Sequence record: OR539220.1
Source: Escherichia phage vB-Eco-KMB40
DNA: 64,000 nt
Strand: one strand, 5' to 3'
In this document: piece after piece, positions 49,031 through 57,688 of the stretch
How the letters are laid out: each line of letters opens with the position of its first letter
How positions within the stretch are numbered: the stretch's first letter is position 1
Notes under the pieces: generated by a model
What the model saw: the letters and a program-made list of their open reading frames with translations, nothing else
The model's database searches: none
Told to the model about the DNA's origin: nothing
Translations under genes and position numbers: made by a program

Positions 49031-49055
49031 ATTATACCATCCTTGGTATAAAGCG
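49031..49055 (-). promoter_or_regulatory. candidate middle promoter (MotA-box-like CGCTTTA, 12-nt spacer, TGGTATAAT)
   Basis: minus strand GCTTTA at 49049-49054, TATAAT at 49031-49036 preceded by TGG. Confidence 0.4.
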
Positions 49056-49056
49056 G

Positions 49057-49584
49057 TTATGCGAGTACCGTCTTTAACCGTTCTTCAAACTTCCGAAGAG
49101 TATTTTGGCGTTCAGCTCTTTGCTTTTTGTAAGTTTCAATACGCTCTGAAATGAGAGTGTATCGTTCATTTACTGATTCTTTCATAAAATCAGGAATTTC
49201 ACGAGAAGCTTTAATCTCATCAAATTTATCAATAACAGCTTGCTCTTCAGCAATTAAGTTATCATACATTAAAATATCTTTCTTGATGAACTCAATATCT
49301 TCTTGAGTTACACGAGATAATTTAGATGCTTTATCCTTTTTGTACTGTTCGTTAGTATCACGAGACCAGTGTAATGTACGATTTTTATTCGTATTTTTGT
49401 AAATTTCTACAATACCAATTTCATCAATAATAACGATCCAATTCCAACGGGATTTGTAAATTTGTCCTCCATCAACAGTGATTTCACCTCCGATTGAGAT
49501 GTCATTAAAGAACTTGCTTTGTGCTTCAGATTTAAATTTACCATCGTTGTAATTTACCAGGTTGAAAATATCTTTAGCATTCAT
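49057..49584 (-). CDS. hypothetical protein with C-terminal coiled coil (175 aa)
   Basis: track ORF trimmed to ATG at 49584 with SD GGAGG, because promoter -10 lies at 49613. Confidence 0.45.
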   Translation of the reverse strand: MNAKDIFNLVNYNDGKFKSEAQSKFFNDISIGGEITVDGGQIYKSRWNWIVIIDEIGIVEIYKNTNKNRTLHWSRDTNEQYKKDKASKLSRVTQEDIEFIKKDILMYDNLIAEEQAVIDKFDEIKASREIPDFMKESVNERYTLISERIETYKKQRAERQNTLRKFEERLKTVLA

Positions 49585-49612
49585 TTTGTGTTCCTCCGTA
49601 GTTGATAGTTGT

Positions 49613-49642
49613 ATAGTACCACAGAGGAACAGTCTTGTAAAC
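49613..49642 (-). promoter_or_regulatory. early sigma70-type promoter
   Basis: GTTTAC at 49637-49642, TACTAT at 49613-49618. Confidence 0.55.
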
Positions 49643-49644
49643 AA

Positions 49645-49959
49645 CTAAAAGAAACTTCTTTCACAATTTTTTCCACTAAACCATGCGCTGACCGCTTTCT
49701 TAGTCTCAGGAGCAGTGTTATCCATAAACCATTCAAAGGCAGCCTTTTTATGATTCTGGAGGGCTTCTCGGGCTTTAATCTGCTCACGGTCTATTAACAC
49801 TAACATATGAGCCTTTCTTGTCACCAAGGGCTTCTTATGATTTTTTGAATACTCCCAATCATTTGTCCATCGCATCGTTGTTGCGAACTGAAATACTGCT
49901 TCTTTAATTTTAGTTTCGTAAATTTCACGAGCCTTTGAGTATAACATCATTACCTCCAT
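49645..49959 (-). CDS. hypothetical protein (104 aa; start may be ATG at 49947)
   Basis: SD GGAGG best placed for ATG at 49947. Confidence 0.45.
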   Translation of the reverse strand: MEVMMLYSKAREIYETKIKEAVFQFATTMRWTNDWEYSKNHKKPLVTRKAHMLVLIDREQIKAREALQNHKKAAFEWFMDNTAPETKKAVSAWFSGKNCERSFF

Positions 49960-50048
49960 TTACCAGTTTAATTCTAGTCATCTTTTTAATGGCAGTCCAT
50001 ATAATCTATTTCTGAACTGCCTTTTTGTCATAGAAGGCCTCTTATGAA

Positions 50049-51017
50049 TTATTTCAGAAGAGTAACCTCAGCAATTTCTTCCCAACCGTTTTTGTCGGTC
50101 ATAATAAAGTCAGCAAGATAAAGTGCAGTACGCAGTGAAACATTGCGTAAACGATTAACATTGACTTTCATCCATGATAATGCTTTATAAGTTTCTTCAT
50201 CAGAAAGACCGCGTTTTTGCATCATGTCAGTTGAAAGAATAACATCTTCAACCCTGACCATAATTTCTTCATTAGTGTGAACACCCAAATCCAAATAAAC
50301 TGAGCGGGAAACTAATGCTTGTAAATGTGGAGCAAGTTTAGTACCACGGTCTAATTCGCGGTCAATGTCAACGTTTGTGATAAAAACAATCGTTCCTTTA
50401 AATTCAAACTCACGCTCAATGCCTTTTTCTTCTAAGTAAGAAGATGCGGTGCTCCAGCAGACTTTACGGGTCTCTCCGGTGTCCAGAGCAGCTTTCAGAA
50501 GATTAAGAATGTCCATATCAGAGAAAACATCCACATCATCAATCAAAAGGACAGAATTCTCTTCACGATTATTCCAAAGCTGTTCATAAAGACCGATACC
50601 AGAGATTTTACCATTAATGCTTTTATATTCGATGTATCCAATATCATTTGCTTTATTTAAAGCTTTATCTAAAGAATACGTTTTACCAATACCTGCTGCT
50701 CCAGAGATAATTAATGAACGAATGTTTCCGTTAATAATACCATTCGTCATCATTCCCATAACATTAAATCTTTTATTAATGCGGGTTTTCATATCTTCAT
50801 ACGATTCTTTAACTTCTTCAACTTTTACACCATCATATGAAATGTCTGATTTGTAAACCCAAACACCGCGACGCTTACCGTCAATTTCAACAAAAACTTT
50901 ACCATCTCCTTGTGCATCTACCGGAGCATTATCTGGGAACCATTCACCTAAGAGCTCAAAAGTTCCAGAGATTTCTTTACCGAAGTAGATACCCTTATTG
51001 ATAGTTACAGTTTTCAT
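50049..51017 (-). CDS. P-loop ATPase, AAA-like (322 aa)
   Basis: Walker A GAAGIGKT, Walker B-like VLLIDDVD; ATG at 51017 with SD GGAGAA; track ORF extends through the promoter. Confidence 0.55.
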   Translation of the reverse strand: MKTVTINKGIYFGKEISGTFELLGEWFPDNAPVDAQGDGKVFVEIDGKRRGVWVYKSDISYDGVKVEEVKESYEDMKTRINKRFNVMGMMTNGIINGNIRSLIISGAAGIGKTYSLDKALNKANDIGYIEYKSINGKISGIGLYEQLWNNREENSVLLIDDVDVFSDMDILNLLKAALDTGETRKVCWSTASSYLEEKGIEREFEFKGTIVFITNVDIDRELDRGTKLAPHLQALVSRSVYLDLGVHTNEEIMVRVEDVILSTDMMQKRGLSDEETYKALSWMKVNVNRLRNVSLRTALYLADFIMTDKNGWEEIAEVTLLK

Positions 51018-51051
51018 TTTATTCTCCAAATCCGTATCAGTTGATAGTTGT

Positions 51052-51081
51052 ATAGTACCATAAAGCTTTATGCTTGTAAAC
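51052..51081 (-). promoter_or_regulatory. early sigma70-type promoter
   Basis: GTTTAC at 51076-51081, TACTAT at 51052-51057. Confidence 0.55.
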
Positions 51082-51110
51082 CGTTTTGTGAAAAATTTTT
51101 GAAATAAAAA

Positions 51111-51128
51111 GGGAGCCCGAAGGCTCCC
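51111..51128 (-). terminator. intrinsic terminator hairpin
   Basis: GGGAGCC-cgaa-GGCTCCC followed by U-rich tract on transcript. Confidence 0.6.
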
Positions 51129-51130
51129 TA

Positions 51131-52144
51131 TCATTTATAATAACTTCGGTGGTTTTCAAGATAGACCTTCTCAAGGAAGTCATCCCAGAAACTCATGTCT
51201 ACTTTTTGCTGCATACCGTTCTTAGAAGCTTCAGTAGATGCTGCTTCTACTTGATCGACCACATCTTCCAAAAACTCTTGAACTGTTTTAAATGGATGTT
51301 TACCCAACTTCACGTCGAGAATAAATGGAGCATCTTGGAGTGGATAAACCAAGTCACCAGTTTTGTAAATTTCCAATAGTTGGAGTCCACCACGACAAGC
51401 ATGACTCAGAGCTTTCCAGTCAATGCCTTCATTAGCTTCGGCTTTACGAGCACGTTCACCATATTCAGCATCTAATTTATTCAGTGACTGCTTAAGCTCA
51501 ATAAGAGAAAGTGTTGTCTGATATTTACGACCCAACACAGTGTAGAACGTTTGCGGGCCTGTTTTCTCGTGATTATGGAACACCCATTCACAGAATTCGT
51601 TTTCTGGAAGACGATGCTTAATATCTTCAACTTTAGTGCGACGCTGCTTAATAGAACCATCTTCTTGGTAATCAACCCATTGCTCGGGGATTTGATTAAC
51701 TACTTTCAATACATCACGTAATGCAGCCAAACGAGAACCCTTGACACCGTATTTAGAAGCTTGCTTGCGAACATATCCTAAATAGGATTTCATGTTAGTT
51801 GTATAAAAACGAGAACGGTTGTCTTGAATAAACTTCCACACATCAGGCAAATCAGATTTAACCACTAGTTCAGGTGGAGTGTGAAGCATATCCAATGCTA
51901 CAGTTTCACCATCTGCTGCTAATTTAAAGAAATATTTAAGACTGTATAGTTCATGGTCAATATCATCTTTAGTGTTTTTAGATGATGTGTTGTTAGTGTT
52001 TTTACTCATGTGCTCTTTGACATTTCCGATAAGAATATCACGAGCAGGAGGAACAAAAATTTCTTTAAAATCTACATCAGATTCTGGGGTAGAAGTTCCA
52101 TAAAGATGACTACCAAAATAGCTTTTCATTACTGTTTTCATCAT
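51131..52144 (-). CDS. Pol-beta-superfamily nucleotidyltransferase-like protein (337 aa)
   Basis: GS-x10-DVD signature in FGSHLYGTSTPESDVDF. Confidence 0.45.
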   Translation of the reverse strand: MMKTVMKSYFGSHLYGTSTPESDVDFKEIFVPPARDILIGNVKEHMSKNTNNTSSKNTKDDIDHELYSLKYFFKLAADGETVALDMLHTPPELVVKSDLPDVWKFIQDNRSRFYTTNMKSYLGYVRKQASKYGVKGSRLAALRDVLKVVNQIPEQWVDYQEDGSIKQRRTKVEDIKHRLPENEFCEWVFHNHEKTGPQTFYTVLGRKYQTTLSLIELKQSLNKLDAEYGERARKAEANEGIDWKALSHACRGGLQLLEIYKTGDLVYPLQDAPFILDVKLGKHPFKTVQEFLEDVVDQVEAASTEASKNGMQQKVDMSFWDDFLEKVYLENHRSYYK

Positions 52145-52614
52145 TCAGCCTTATATTCAATAACAGGACATACTTTAGCTTTACGAGCTTTTAAAAATTC
52201 AACGATAATCGATTTCTTGGGTTGAATAGGAGGTAAACCTTTATACGCCCTATCAATATTTTCTATGTGTAAAGCATAATCCTTTTTCCATTTATAATCT
52301 TTATATTTTTCATGCAAATGCGCAGGAATAACAAATGAACCGATAATAAGTAAAACAACCAAAAGCGCAAGTATAAATGCTGATGGAAGAAGAGTCCATA
52401 AACTACCGAAAATAAGCCAACGTTGTAGGCTTTCTGCACAAATAATTGTTAGACCTGCGAGTATAGTACATCCGAAAAAAGAAACGAAAAATGTAGGGAT
52501 AACAATAGACCAAAAGTATGCACACAGTGTCTTAGGTCGTTTCCATTCGTCGTTAAACAGTTTGAATAATTTATAGTGCCAAGAGTTTTCATTAATAATC
52601 ATAATTATAATCAT
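52141..52614 (-). CDS. membrane protein (157 aa)
   Basis: three hydrophobic segments. Confidence 0.5.
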   Translation of the reverse strand: MIIIMIINENSWHYKLFKLFNDEWKRPKTLCAYFWSIVIPTFFVSFFGCTILAGLTIICAESLQRWLIFGSLWTLLPSAFILALLVVLLIIGSFVIPAHLHEKYKDYKWKKDYALHIENIDRAYKGLPPIQPKKSIIVEFLKARKAKVCPVIEYKAE

Positions 52615-53132
52615 CCTTTCATTGAAGGTGTAACAGTTGTTAAATACTTAATCATAGCCTCAGCTTCTGATTTTGATAATGAAATTTCTCCATTGTTTTG
52701 ACGAATAGAAATAAAATCCGGATGACGGTCACCACCAGCTTTTAAAACACACATATAAGTATCAGTTTCATCTTCAATATTTGAAATGATTGAAGCAGTT
52801 CCACATGAATGCGGTTTTTGATAAATCAATACAGCTTTTCTTCCGCCATTTGACTGTTCATAAACTTTTAATACATCAAACAAATCACTTCTTTTATCAA
52901 TAGCTAAAATGTTATTTTCATCTTCAACGTTAAATCCTTCGGATACTTCATAAAGTGTTACCCATAAATCGCCAATATCAATAACAGCGTTCACTTTTCC
53001 ATGACTTTCAAGAGCATGACAAATTTTCTTGATTTCGTCATAACTCATTTTAATAATATCATCTCCTTGAATAAGAAAGATGTCATTTTTAAATTCAACA
53101 CGAATTAAACCACTTCCACTTGAAATAAACAT
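52611..53132 (-). CDS. hypothetical protein (173 aa), paralogue of the disrupted gene downstream
   Basis: C-terminus EAEAMIKYLTTVTPSMKG resembles EAIALKNYLDSVIPTMISK of 53139..53540. Confidence 0.5.
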   Translation of the reverse strand: MFISSGSGLIRVEFKNDIFLIQGDDIIKMSYDEIKKICHALESHGKVNAVIDIGDLWVTLYEVSEGFNVEDENNILAIDKRSDLFDVLKVYEQSNGGRKAVLIYQKPHSCGTASIISNIEDETDTYMCVLKAGGDRHPDFISIRQNNGEISLSKSEAEAMIKYLTTVTPSMKG

Positions 53133-53138
53133 ATTTCC

Positions 53139-53748
53139 TCACTTTGAAATCATAGTTGGAATGACAGAATCAAGATAATTCTTTAGCGCAATAGCTTCGT
53201 CTTTGGTAAATGTGACAATATGTGCTCGAGAATCATCATTTTGGCGAACAAGTACGACATCGCCATCTTCATAAGAAGTCTTGACATCCAAAGTCGTAGT
53301 ATAGTTTGCAGCTACTGGATTAATAATGCTAGCACCGCGATCTTTAGCCCATTGAAGTTTAACCTTTTCGGGTGTTTCGACTGTTTCAGATTCCAAGAAT
53401 TCTTTCACCTTGGCAACGAATGTTGCCCAATTGTTGATAGAAAGACACATAAATTCAGTTTCAATAGGCAACGAATGTTGCCCAATTGTTGATAGAAAGA
53501 CACATAAATTCAGTTTCAATATTACCGCCGTAAAGGCCACGATAAAAACGAACTTGGAGGTCGCCTGTAATATTAGTTACACCGGTAACTCCTGAGGGAG
53601 CATAAGATAAAATCGCAGCCAGTTCCATAGGAAGAATAGTAATACTATCGTCTTCCTGCGTCAGAACGTATACATTATCACGTTTTTCGATAACCAGGTC
53701 ACCGAACAAATCAGTTGTTTCAATTACAGCTTTCATATTATTTACCAA
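53139..53748 (-). pseudogene. gene split by 55-bp tandem duplication frameshift (tracks 53461..53748 and 53139..53540)
   Basis: both ORFs encode IETEFMCLSINNWATFVA from the two repeat copies; removing one copy gives a single ORF of about 185 aa. Confidence 0.7.
53412..53521. repeat. perfect 55-bp tandem direct duplication (53412-53466 and 53467-53521)
   Basis: ggcaacgaatgttgcccaattgttgatagaaagacacataaattcagtttcaata present twice head to tail with no mismatch. Confidence 0.9.
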
Positions 53749-53923
53749 TTAAAGTTTCAATATAAGAATCAAGATTTACTTTAGCTTCTTCCATAAGAAT
53801 TTTGTATTTAATCTTGTTAGCATGTCCGGAGAAAGCTGATTCATCAATAATTGTTGATGTATGAACAGCTCTACTATACGTCTCAATTAATTCTCTTAAT
53901 TTAAAAGCCTGCTCACTTGTCAT
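53738..53923 (-). CDS. hypothetical small protein (61 aa)
   Basis: ORF overlapping start of disrupted gene. Confidence 0.4.
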   Translation of the reverse strand: MTSEQAFKLRELIETYSRAVHTSTIIDESAFSGHANKIKYKILMEEAKVNLDSYIETLIGK

Positions 53924-54027
53924 TACATACTCCTTTGAACCATATCAATAATGTTATTCACCAGATTATAAGTAAACATTGGGTAATTATATTGAATCAT
54001 CACATACACAACAAACAAAACTTTCAT
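53923..54027 (-). CDS. possible hydrophobic leader peptide (34 aa), not in ORF track
   Basis: MKVLFVVYVMIQYNYPMFTYNLVNNIIDMVQRSM; SD AAGGAG; first ORF after promoter at 54056. Confidence 0.3.
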   Translation of the reverse strand: MKVLFVVYVMIQYNYPMFTYNLVNNIIDMVQRSM

Positions 54028-54055
54028 TCTCTTCTCCTTGGCAGTTGACAAGATT

Positions 54056-54085
54056 ACTATACCATAACCTTGCCAACTTGTAAAC
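54056..54085 (-). promoter_or_regulatory. early sigma70-type promoter
   Basis: GTTTAC at 54080-54085, TATAGT at 54056-54061. Confidence 0.5.
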
Positions 54086-54087
54086 CA

Positions 54088-54261
54088 TTAAATGGCGTTT
54101 TCAATAAAATTCTGAAGCTTTGTGTGAGCATCAACCATGATTTTCATTTCTTCTTTGGCGAAAGCTGTACCTCTTTCCCGAGAAGAACATTCATAGTCAG
54201 AAACTGCATTAGCATATTCTTCAATTAGTTTCATTAAAAACATCTGCTTTTCAGTTTTCAT
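54088..54261 (-). CDS. hypothetical small protein (57 aa), not in ORF track
   Basis: MKTEKQMFLMKLIEEYANAVSDYECSS...; SD AGGTGG. Confidence 0.4.
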   Translation of the reverse strand: MKTEKQMFLMKLIEEYANAVSDYECSSRERGTAFAKEEMKIMVDAHTKLQNFIENAI

Positions 54262-54445
54262 TATTCCACCTAATCATTTCAAGATATTGAACTAACTTAG
54301 CTTTAGATTTATCCAAATCCTTTTTAGCTGTTTCTATACCGTCGTATGAATATCCTTCACAATGCTCAACTGCTAATTGATATGAATCTATTTCAATATC
54401 ACGTGCTAATTTAATGATTTTTTCAAACTGTTCATGTGTTAGCAT
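54251..54445 (-). CDS. hypothetical small protein (64 aa)
   Basis: ORF in pre-rI cluster. Confidence 0.4.
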   Translation of the reverse strand: MLTHEQFEKIIKLARDIEIDSYQLAVEHCEGYSYDGIETAKKDLDKSKAKLVQYLEMIRWNNEN

Positions 54446-54447
54446 AC

Positions 54448-54687
54448 TTAAACTCTCGTATTATGATCGATAATTTCATCAAGAAACATATCTAACGCTT
54501 CTAAAGCATTATCAACTTTAGTTTCAAAGTCTTTAATGCCTTTATTCGAAATACCCGATGAATACCAAGCAAAGTCAATCAGCTCTTCATCTGCTTTACG
54601 AATTGAAGCCACTAATTCCTTGATTTTATCTGCTTGCTCTATACTAATCATTATTCCACCACATATGACAGAGAGAATATTGCACAC
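54448..54687 (-). CDS. hypothetical small protein (79 aa)
   Basis: ORF in pre-rI cluster. Confidence 0.4.
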
Positions 54688-54839
54688 GCCATGTGAGTTG
54701 CAACTTCATCACACATATTATAACGTTTCTTAAGAAGTTCTACAAGTTCTTCACTAGTAACTTCATCCATGTCGACGAAAAAATCACCATTAATGATGAC
54801 GTAGATATTTCCTTCTTGATTAAGTGCTTCAATTTTCAT
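54651..54839 (-). CDS. hypothetical small protein (62 aa)
   Basis: track ORF trimmed to ATG at 54839 with SD GAGGAG, below promoter at 54868. Confidence 0.4.
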
Positions 54840-54867
54840 GATGTTCTCCTCTTTATCCGATAGTTGT

Positions 54868-54897
54868 ATAGTATCACAGCTCAAACGGAAAGTAAAC
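54868..54897 (-). promoter_or_regulatory. early sigma70-type promoter
   Basis: GTTTAC at 54892-54897, TACTAT at 54868-54873. Confidence 0.5.
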
Positions 54898-54912
54898 CGG
54901 TAAAATGAAAAA

Positions 54913-54930
54913 AGTCTCCCGAAGGAGACT
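54913..54930 (-). terminator. intrinsic terminator hairpin
   Basis: AGTCTCC-cgaa-GGAGACT followed by U5 on transcript. Confidence 0.6.
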
Positions 54931-54934
54931 AATG

Positions 54935-55321
54935 TTATTCGAGGGAAAGAAGATACTTACTCTGGTAAAACATTCCAGTAATATCATCTATCGTGCTTTG
55001 AATGGCTGGAGGCATTTCTTTATAAATGCTGTTAGATTGGTCTAGTATGCGATCAATCATTTTAATTGTGTCGGTAGGAAGTTTACTGGCATCTGGAATT
55101 GAAGGCGTGTATTTTCTACCAGAATACCCCAAATATTGCTCACCAAATTTATCAATCAAATCTGGCAATTCGGAGAAAATAAAATCGTATGCTTTGTGTC
55201 TAGCATAACTTTTAGTTTCAAAATGCGCAGAATGAAAATAAGCTTGTGCAGCCATTAATAAACCTAAGTATTCATCTGCCTTTGAAGGTTTTCCACTTTG
55301 TGAAAAGTCGCTGAATTTCAT
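54935..55321 (-). CDS. rI.-1-position protein (128 aa)
   Basis: ORF immediately downstream of rI. Confidence 0.5.
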
Positions 55322-55611
55322 TCAGTCTCCAATTTAATGTTCATAATTCTAGCGTATGATTGTGCCATCTCCGCGCCTCGTTCTATACATTCAAAATCAG
55401 AAGAGCACGGGTCATTTTTATAGGTCGTTCTCATAAAACTATAGAACTGTTCAGATGATTCTACGCTTTTATTTTCAAAAAGCATATAAACATGTCTAAT
55501 ACCAGATTCCATAAATTTATCAAAATGAGGATCGACATTCGCTTCAATTGGTGGAGATAAAGCAAATGACAATCCTAGCATGGCAAATAGTGCCGTTGCT
55601 TTTAAGGCCAT
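55318..55611 (-). CDS. rI: lysis inhibition regulator RI (97 aa)
   Basis: signal-anchor MALKATALFAMLGLSFALSP; 97 aa as T4 RI. Confidence 0.85.
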   Translation of the reverse strand: MALKATALFAMLGLSFALSPPIEANVDPHFDKFMESGIRHVYMLFENKSVESSEQFYSFMRTTYKNDPCSSDFECIERGAEMAQSYARIMNIKLETE

Positions 55612-55623
55612 AAAGGCCTCCTA

Positions 55624-55836
55624 TCATTTTTGTCCTGTATTTACTTTATGCCGATGCACGGCCTTAACTTTATCAAGGTATTTTTCAAAATTTCGCAATC
55701 TAGTATAGTCTGCCGGAGATTGGTTGAGTGATACTTCTCGACGCAAAGCTGAAATAACATTTCCAACTTCCCTACGAATTTCATCTAATTGAAGAACAGT
55801 AAGATTGCGAAGTTGCTTTTCAGTTAATTGTAGCAT
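55624..55836 (-). CDS. rI.1-position small protein (70 aa)
   Basis: ORF between tk and rI. Confidence 0.45.
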   Translation of the reverse strand: MLQLTEKQLRNLTVLQLDEIRREVGNVISALRREVSLNQSPADYTRLRNFEKYLDKVKAVHRHKVNTGQK

Positions 55837-55861
55837 ATATACCCCTTTAGTTAGATAAACC

Positions 55862-55869
55862 TATTTATA
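55862..55869 (-). promoter_or_regulatory. late promoter TATAAATA upstream of rI.1/rI
   Basis: exact TATAAATA on minus strand between tk stop and rI.1 start. Confidence 0.55.
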
Positions 55870-55878
55870 ACTTTTGCA

Positions 55879-56460
55879 CTAACCGAGCTTTTTAGTTAAT
55901 TCATTCCAGTGTTTTCTACACAAAGAAACATAAATTTCATCACCAATACAGATTTGATTACCTTCTTTAACTGGTGTTCCATCTTCCATTAATCGAGCTG
56001 TCATAATCGCTTTTTTACCACAATGACAAACTGCCTTTAGTTCAATAAGTTTATCTGCAATCGCCAAAAGTTCTTTAGAACCTTCAAACAATTTTCCAGC
56101 GAAATCAGTCCTTAATCCATAAGCCATAACAGGAACATTATATGTATCAACAATTCGACTTAATTGATGCACCTGTTCAGTTTTTAAAAACTGAGCTTCA
56201 TCTACAAATACGCAATGAATATCTTTTTGTGCTTCAGCCCATTTATAGAACTCGAAAATATCCATATCATCTGTAATAATATTCGCTTCCTGTTTAATTC
56301 CAATGCGAGAAACAACTTCACAGACAGAATCGCGAGTATCAATAGCAGGCTTAAGAACTAATACACTCATTCCACGTTCTTTATAATTATGTGCAGCAGT
56401 CAAAAGAGAAGCAGATTTTCCAGCATTCATTGCTGCATAAGTAAAAATTAAACTCGCCAT
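55879..56460 (-). CDS. tk: thymidine kinase (193 aa)
   Basis: P-loop AAMNAGKS, zinc-binding Cys pairs; 193 aa as T4 Tk. Confidence 0.9.
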   Translation of the reverse strand: MASLIFTYAAMNAGKSASLLTAAHNYKERGMSVLVLKPAIDTRDSVCEVVSRIGIKQEANIITDDMDIFEFYKWAEAQKDIHCVFVDEAQFLKTEQVHQLSRIVDTYNVPVMAYGLRTDFAGKLFEGSKELLAIADKLIELKAVCHCGKKAIMTARLMEDGTPVKEGNQICIGDEIYVSLCRKHWNELTKKLG

Positions 56461-56469
56461 ATCACCTTC

Positions 56470-56655
56470 TTAAAGCGTATTCACATAAGCTATTAATTCA
56501 TTTTCTTTCTTATCAAACCGATCAGCAAATTCTTCCTGCTGTTCGGGAGATAGCGGGCCGTATTCATCATAAAAGGTGTTTGCTTCTGTATGCTCATCTA
56601 GAAGTTCATGGATAAGCCCAAACAATTTATCTTTTTGTTCTTTACTCAGACTCAT
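56470..56655 (-). CDS. hypothetical acidic small protein (61 aa)
   Basis: ORF upstream of tk. Confidence 0.4.
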   Translation of the reverse strand: MSLSKEQKDKLFGLIHELLDEHTEANTFYDEYGPLSPEQQEEFADRFDKKENELIAYVNTL

Positions 56656-56825
56656 ATATTAATTTCCAGGAGTTTTAAAATAATTCGCTTTTGCTTAAAT
56701 ATTTCCATAGTTAAATGACCAGTATCTTTTTGACCGATTCCAATGGCAAAACCTTTATTAACAGCGAGTTCAATTAAATTATCAAGCTCACGTAACACTT
56801 CGTATTGTAACTCAAAACTATTCAT
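56652..56825 (-). CDS. hypothetical small protein (57 aa), not in ORF track
   Basis: MNSFELQYEVLRELDNLIELAVNKGFAIGIGQKD...; ATGA overlaps at both ends. Confidence 0.4.
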   Translation of the reverse strand: MNSFELQYEVLRELDNLIELAVNKGFAIGIGQKDTGHLTMEIFKQKRIILKLLEINI

Positions 56826-57034
56826 TTTGGTTTACCTTCTTTAACGAAATCTGGATAAGGATAAAATCCCGAATAAAATCCTTCACCTTTATGATTGATG
56901 CATCCTTTATTAGAACAATAGCACCAATAATCAAAATCACAAGCCATTTCATCGTTGCATAAAGCAAAAACAACCGGCCATTTACACTTTTCACAATGAG
57001 CATTTTTAAGAATACTAGTTTGGCTCATAACCAT
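56822..57034 (-). CDS. Cys-rich small protein (70 aa)
   Basis: multiple Cys/His (CEKCKW...CYCSNKGCINHKGEGF). Confidence 0.4.
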   Translation of the reverse strand: MVMSQTSILKNAHCEKCKWPVVFALCNDEMACDFDYWCYCSNKGCINHKGEGFYSGFYPYPDFVKEGKPK

Positions 57035-57237
57035 GTAACCTTTAAGCAGTATTCTTCTACATGTTGTTTACGACCTTTCTTATCAATAAAGGTATATTCA
57101 ACGAATGTTCCAATGTAGTCTTTATCTACATCATGTGGACTATTAATTGGACATTTAGTACGGCAAATGCGTTCCCATTGACGAATAATTTCCACTTTGT
57201 TTTTAGGATCAAACGGATGTGGGTAATGTACTTTCAT
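57025..57237 (-). CDS. hypothetical small protein (70 aa)
   Basis: ORF in tk-regB cluster. Confidence 0.4.
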   Translation of the reverse strand: MKVHYPHPFDPKNKVEIIRQWERICRTKCPINSPHDVDKDYIGTFVEYTFIDKKGRKQHVEEYCLKVTWL

Positions 57238-57688
57238 AATCCACCACTATTAAATCAATATCAGGAGTAAACATGTCGATTAATTTAGAAACCTTATCCC
57301 AATCGCCGCCAGCAATACCACAACCTATGCGTGGAATGTAAATTACTGGTTTAAACAAAAGGGTTTCTGCCTGTAGATTTAATTCTATCATGCAGTTTAC
57401 TAAAGCACCATAATCAAGATTAGGACCTGGTTCGTATTGCGTATACAGGTTATAGCATACACCAAAACCATTAGGTTTATGTTTAAAAACAATAGACATA
57501 TCGCCTAATTTATCACGAGAACCGTACTCAGTAGTGGTTTTATCTATTTCTAAAATTTTGGGATAGGCTCTTGCTAATTGACCAGCTACACCTGAACCCA
57601 TAGTATGAAAACAATTGCACCCGTGCGCAATAATATTACCTTGAAGAAATAGGGCGACAATATCGCCCTTGATATATTTTACAATCAT
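57209..57688 (-). CDS. possible macro-domain (ADP-ribose binding/hydrolase) protein (159 aa)
   Basis: motif HGCNCFHTMGSGVAGQLARAYP; assignment tentative. Confidence 0.35.
   Translation of the reverse strand: MIVKYIKGDIVALFLQGNIIAHGCNCFHTMGSGVAGQLARAYPKILEIDKTTTEYGSRDKLGDMSIVFKHKPNGFGVCYNLYTQYEPGPNLDYGALVNCMIELNLQAETLLFKPVIYIPRIGCGIAGGDWDKVSKLIDMFTPDIDLIVVDYESTLPTSV

Noticed and set aside
53412-53521. Programmed translational bypass across the 55-bp duplication, by analogy with T4 gene 60
   Set aside because: No take-off stop-codon and hairpin context like gene 60 is evident; a simple duplication mutation or assembly artefact is more parsimonious. Kept only as a remote possibility.
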